Below are positions 35,904 to 37,923 of a stretch of 37,923 nt of DNA, one piece after another. This DNA is from a virus. The position numbers and the translations under genes are program-made. Under the pieces are notes generated by a model. The model ran no database searches and was not told the DNA's origin. It was given only the letters and a program-made list of their open reading frames with translations. Location: the UHGV virus genome UHGV-0060191; one strand, given 5' to 3'. How positions within the stretch are numbered: the stretch's first letter is position 1; each line of letters starts with the position of its first letter.

Positions 35904-35979
35904 ATTCTCACCCCCTTTCCAGCCGATTTCTCCATAAAATCGCGTGTGCCGGCGGGAGTGTGGTACTTACCCTGAAATT

Positions 35980-36008
35980 ATTTTATTTCAATTGTCATTG
36001 TCTGTCTA
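35980..36008 (-). promoter_or_regulatory. Promoter for toxin mRNA, copy 2
   Basis: TAGACA-17-TAAAAT just upstream of the conserved CAGGGTAA leader start. Confidence 0.6.
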
Positions 36009-36022
36009 CAAGCCTCTTTCTT

Positions 36023-36508
36023 TTATAACTTGTTCAAATACCATCTGATTTTGCTTCTTATAAACCCGCCGACTTCGTTGCGTTTTACGAGAGGGTACGG
36101 GGGCAGATAGATAATGTCTATCTTTCCGTGAGAGGTAGTGTCGGGGTGGTTTATTCCAAACTCGTAGTGTGTCCAAACGTTTTCAACGGGTATGTTGTAT
36201 TTTTTGCAAAGCTCGGCACAGAGCTTGAAACACGCCTCAAGTTGAACGGGTGTTATAGGATAGTTGCCACAAGAAGCAGCAGAGTTGAAGCCAGCCATAG
36301 CGCACATACTGACGCCGATTGCGCCTGTATTGCCGCCTCCTGTGTGTGCAGCATATTTGCCATCGTTGCAATTTTCGTTATCTTCGGGTTTGTATTTTCC
36401 ATTGTGTTTTTTACCTTCACCGTCAATTAAAAAGTGGTAGTGTTCAAGGTCTGTTGTGTTTGGTTGATAGGTTCCGGCTGTCCAGTGGATGATTATTTTG
36501 TTCATCAA
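36023..36508 (-). CDS. Endolysin, N-acetylmuramoyl-L-alanine amidase (Amidase_2)
   Basis: IIIHWTAG, YHFLID, AAHTGGGNTGAIGVS and VWTHYE; no cell-wall-binding domain. Confidence 0.9.
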   Translation of the reverse strand: MMNKIIIHWTAGTYQPNTTDLEHYHFLIDGEGKKHNGKYKPEDNENCNDGKYAAHTGGGNTGAIGVSMCAMAGFNSAASCGNYPITPVQLEACFKLCAELCKKYNIPVENVWTHYEFGINHPDTTSHGKIDIIYLPPYPLVKRNEVGGFIRSKIRWYLNKL

Positions 36509-36801
36509 TGACCTCTCTCCGCCTGTTCAATACGTCTTTCTATTAGTTCGGTGACTTTATCAATTTTCATATCGAGTTTCTCATCGAGCTTCTGAATTGA
36601 TTCCGTAACCGTTTTTAATGTTCCGTCAATGTGTTTTGTGCAGCTATCACAAGATTTTTCAGATACATAGTGTTCTGAAATGTATTCAATCAGCTGTGAT
36701 TTAAGTTCTGCAAGCTGTTTTGGTGTTGCAAAGACTTTGTAAGCTGCTGCAAAAGCTATCACAACTATGATTGACGGCGCATATTCGATAAATTTTTCCA
36801 T
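36505..36801 (-). CDS. Holin-like membrane protein
   Basis: Single N-terminal TM helix plus coiled coil; ATGA-coupled to the endolysin. Confidence 0.55.
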   Translation of the reverse strand: MEKFIEYAPSIIVVIAFAAAYKVFATPKQLAELKSQLIEYISEHYVSEKSCDSCTKHIDGTLKTVTESIQKLDEKLDMKIDKVTELIERRIEQAERGH

Positions 36802-37553
36802 TATTCAGTCTCTCCTGCAGTGTCTTCCTGAACCTCTTGAACACCGGTATCGGGTGTGGTTTTGTCGGGTTTATTCTCATGTTCCTCCTCAACATCCGAG
36901 GAATCCTCGGTTGTTTCTTCTGTTGGTTCTTCAGGTGCTTCTGGCTCTTGAATTACAGGTACATTGTCATAATCAATCACAATTGCATTGACTTCTTCAG
37001 CAGTGGTGCACGCTTCAATCATTGATTTGTATGTCATATAGTCTTGTACCCACAGTTTTTGAGCACGTGCAACTATAGCGAAGTAAACGGCCTGTGCTTC
37101 TTGCGCATTCAGGTAGACGGGGATATCCTCTTTTGTGTTGTATATTTGGTCTTGCGTAAAAATGCCCTGTTGAAAGCCTATGACACGCTGAAACATATCA
37201 TCTTGATTTAAAAGCTCTGTGTGAACGGTTATTGTAGCTGGGGGCTCTTCACCCTCTGTCATAGGCATAATAGGCGCCACAGGTCTGCCGTTGAATGAAA
37301 CAGTGCCGGTTTTATCTCTATATTCAAAGGCTTTGTTGCTTGCCTCGTTGAGCTTTGCTTGCTTGGCAAGAGATAGCTCTTTATTTATATATTGTTCGGT
37401 ATCTGCAAATTGATAATCGATAATGGGGCGTTGGGTTTCCAGTATTGGCAAGCCTCTGTATTGAGGCATAAATTTTAATGTATTTTCTAGTTTTGTTTTG
37501 TCTGTATCAAACAAAACTATCTTGCTATCTTTTTCTATATAATAATTAGTCAT
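36801..37553 (-). CDS. Tail fibre assembly/accessory protein (DUF4376-like) with acidic tail
   Basis: AKQAKLNE...IEACTTAEEVNAIVIDY; directly after the fibre gene. Confidence 0.7.
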   Translation of the reverse strand: MTNYYIEKDSKIVLFDTDKTKLENTLKFMPQYRGLPILETQRPIIDYQFADTEQYINKELSLAKQAKLNEASNKAFEYRDKTGTVSFNGRPVAPIMPMTEGEEPPATITVHTELLNQDDMFQRVIGFQQGIFTQDQIYNTKEDIPVYLNAQEAQAVYFAIVARAQKLWVQDYMTYKSMIEACTTAEEVNAIVIDYDNVPVIQEPEAPEEPTEETTEDSSDVEEEHENKPDKTTPDTGVQEVQEDTAGETE

Positions 37554-37923
37554 TTATTGTGCTCCTTCTGCGTATACAAAACAAAAATCGTATAATGTTC
37601 CGCCTGCACTATAGTCTACCTGTATAAAATCACCCTTTTTACCCATACACCAAACACAACAGGTATGCCCTGCTATTGGTGATATCGCAATAATATCCAG
37701 TGCATCATTTGCTCTGTTTTGCATAAACACATGTTGATTACTGGCAGTAGCGAGCTTGTTGACACATAAATAACCATCGGCTGGCAATTGGTACAATTGT
37801 CCGCTTTGACCGAGAATTAACTCTATTCGTTTAGAGCTGGGCATAGATGCGGTGGCGGCTTGGAGTTTATCTGTTTTGTTTGATAATTCCTCAAGAATCT
37901 CACCCGCGTTGAGCATATCCAGG
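37554..37923 (-). CDS. Tail fibre, 3' part (continuation of 1..2189)
   Basis: In frame across the window junction; C-terminal YQLPADGYL...KKGD...FVYAEG fibre-tip-type domain. Confidence 0.85.
   Translation of the reverse strand, partial: LDMLNAGEILEELSNKTDKLQAATASMPSSKRIELILGQSGQLYQLPADGYLCVNKLATASNQHVFMQNRANDALDIIAISPIAGHTCCVWCMGKKGDFIQVDYSAGGTLYDFCFVYAEGAQ

Larger units (their letters stand above)
1..37923. mobile_element. Complete circular temperate phage genome (siphovirus-type), excised/attP form
   Basis: Packaging, head, tail, lysis, replication, repressor and integrase modules are all present, and the window ends join in frame within one ORF. Confidence 0.93.

Noticed and set aside
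9606..36008. Duplicated ~230-bp element as a DGR TR/VR pair or IS ends
   Set aside because: No reverse transcriptase or transposase; the differences are not adenine-specific and they preserve a peptide ORF and stems
37554..37916. Stand-alone 120-aa gene
   Set aside because: It is the in-frame C-terminus of the gene starting at 2189

Overview
The window looks like a complete, circular 37,923-bp genome of an AT-rich temperate siphovirus. A tail-fibre ORF leaves base 1 on the minus strand and continues in frame at base 37923. The minus strand carries the early genes (YqaJ nuclease, annealing protein, replication initiator with iterons, DnaB, Dam-family MTase, LuxR-type activator) and the late genes. 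The late gene order is unusual: TerS-TerL-neck-tail-tail tip, then portal-MuF-scaffold-capsid, then fibre and lysis. The plus strand carries a double-HTH repressor, a large serine integrase whose 3' end contains a probable attP resembling a tRNA-His 3' end, and AT-rich accessory cassettes (TM2 protein, HigBA, DUF3800 plus partner). The most notable unannotated layer is small RNAs. Two paralogous type I toxin-antitoxin-like loci each encode a 24-aa hydrophobic peptide with an antisense RNA. Two different putative BECR-fold nuclease genes are each followed by a convergent, self-promoted, structured ~80-nt RNA instead of an immunity gene. All family assignments come from motif recognition by eye, with no database searches.
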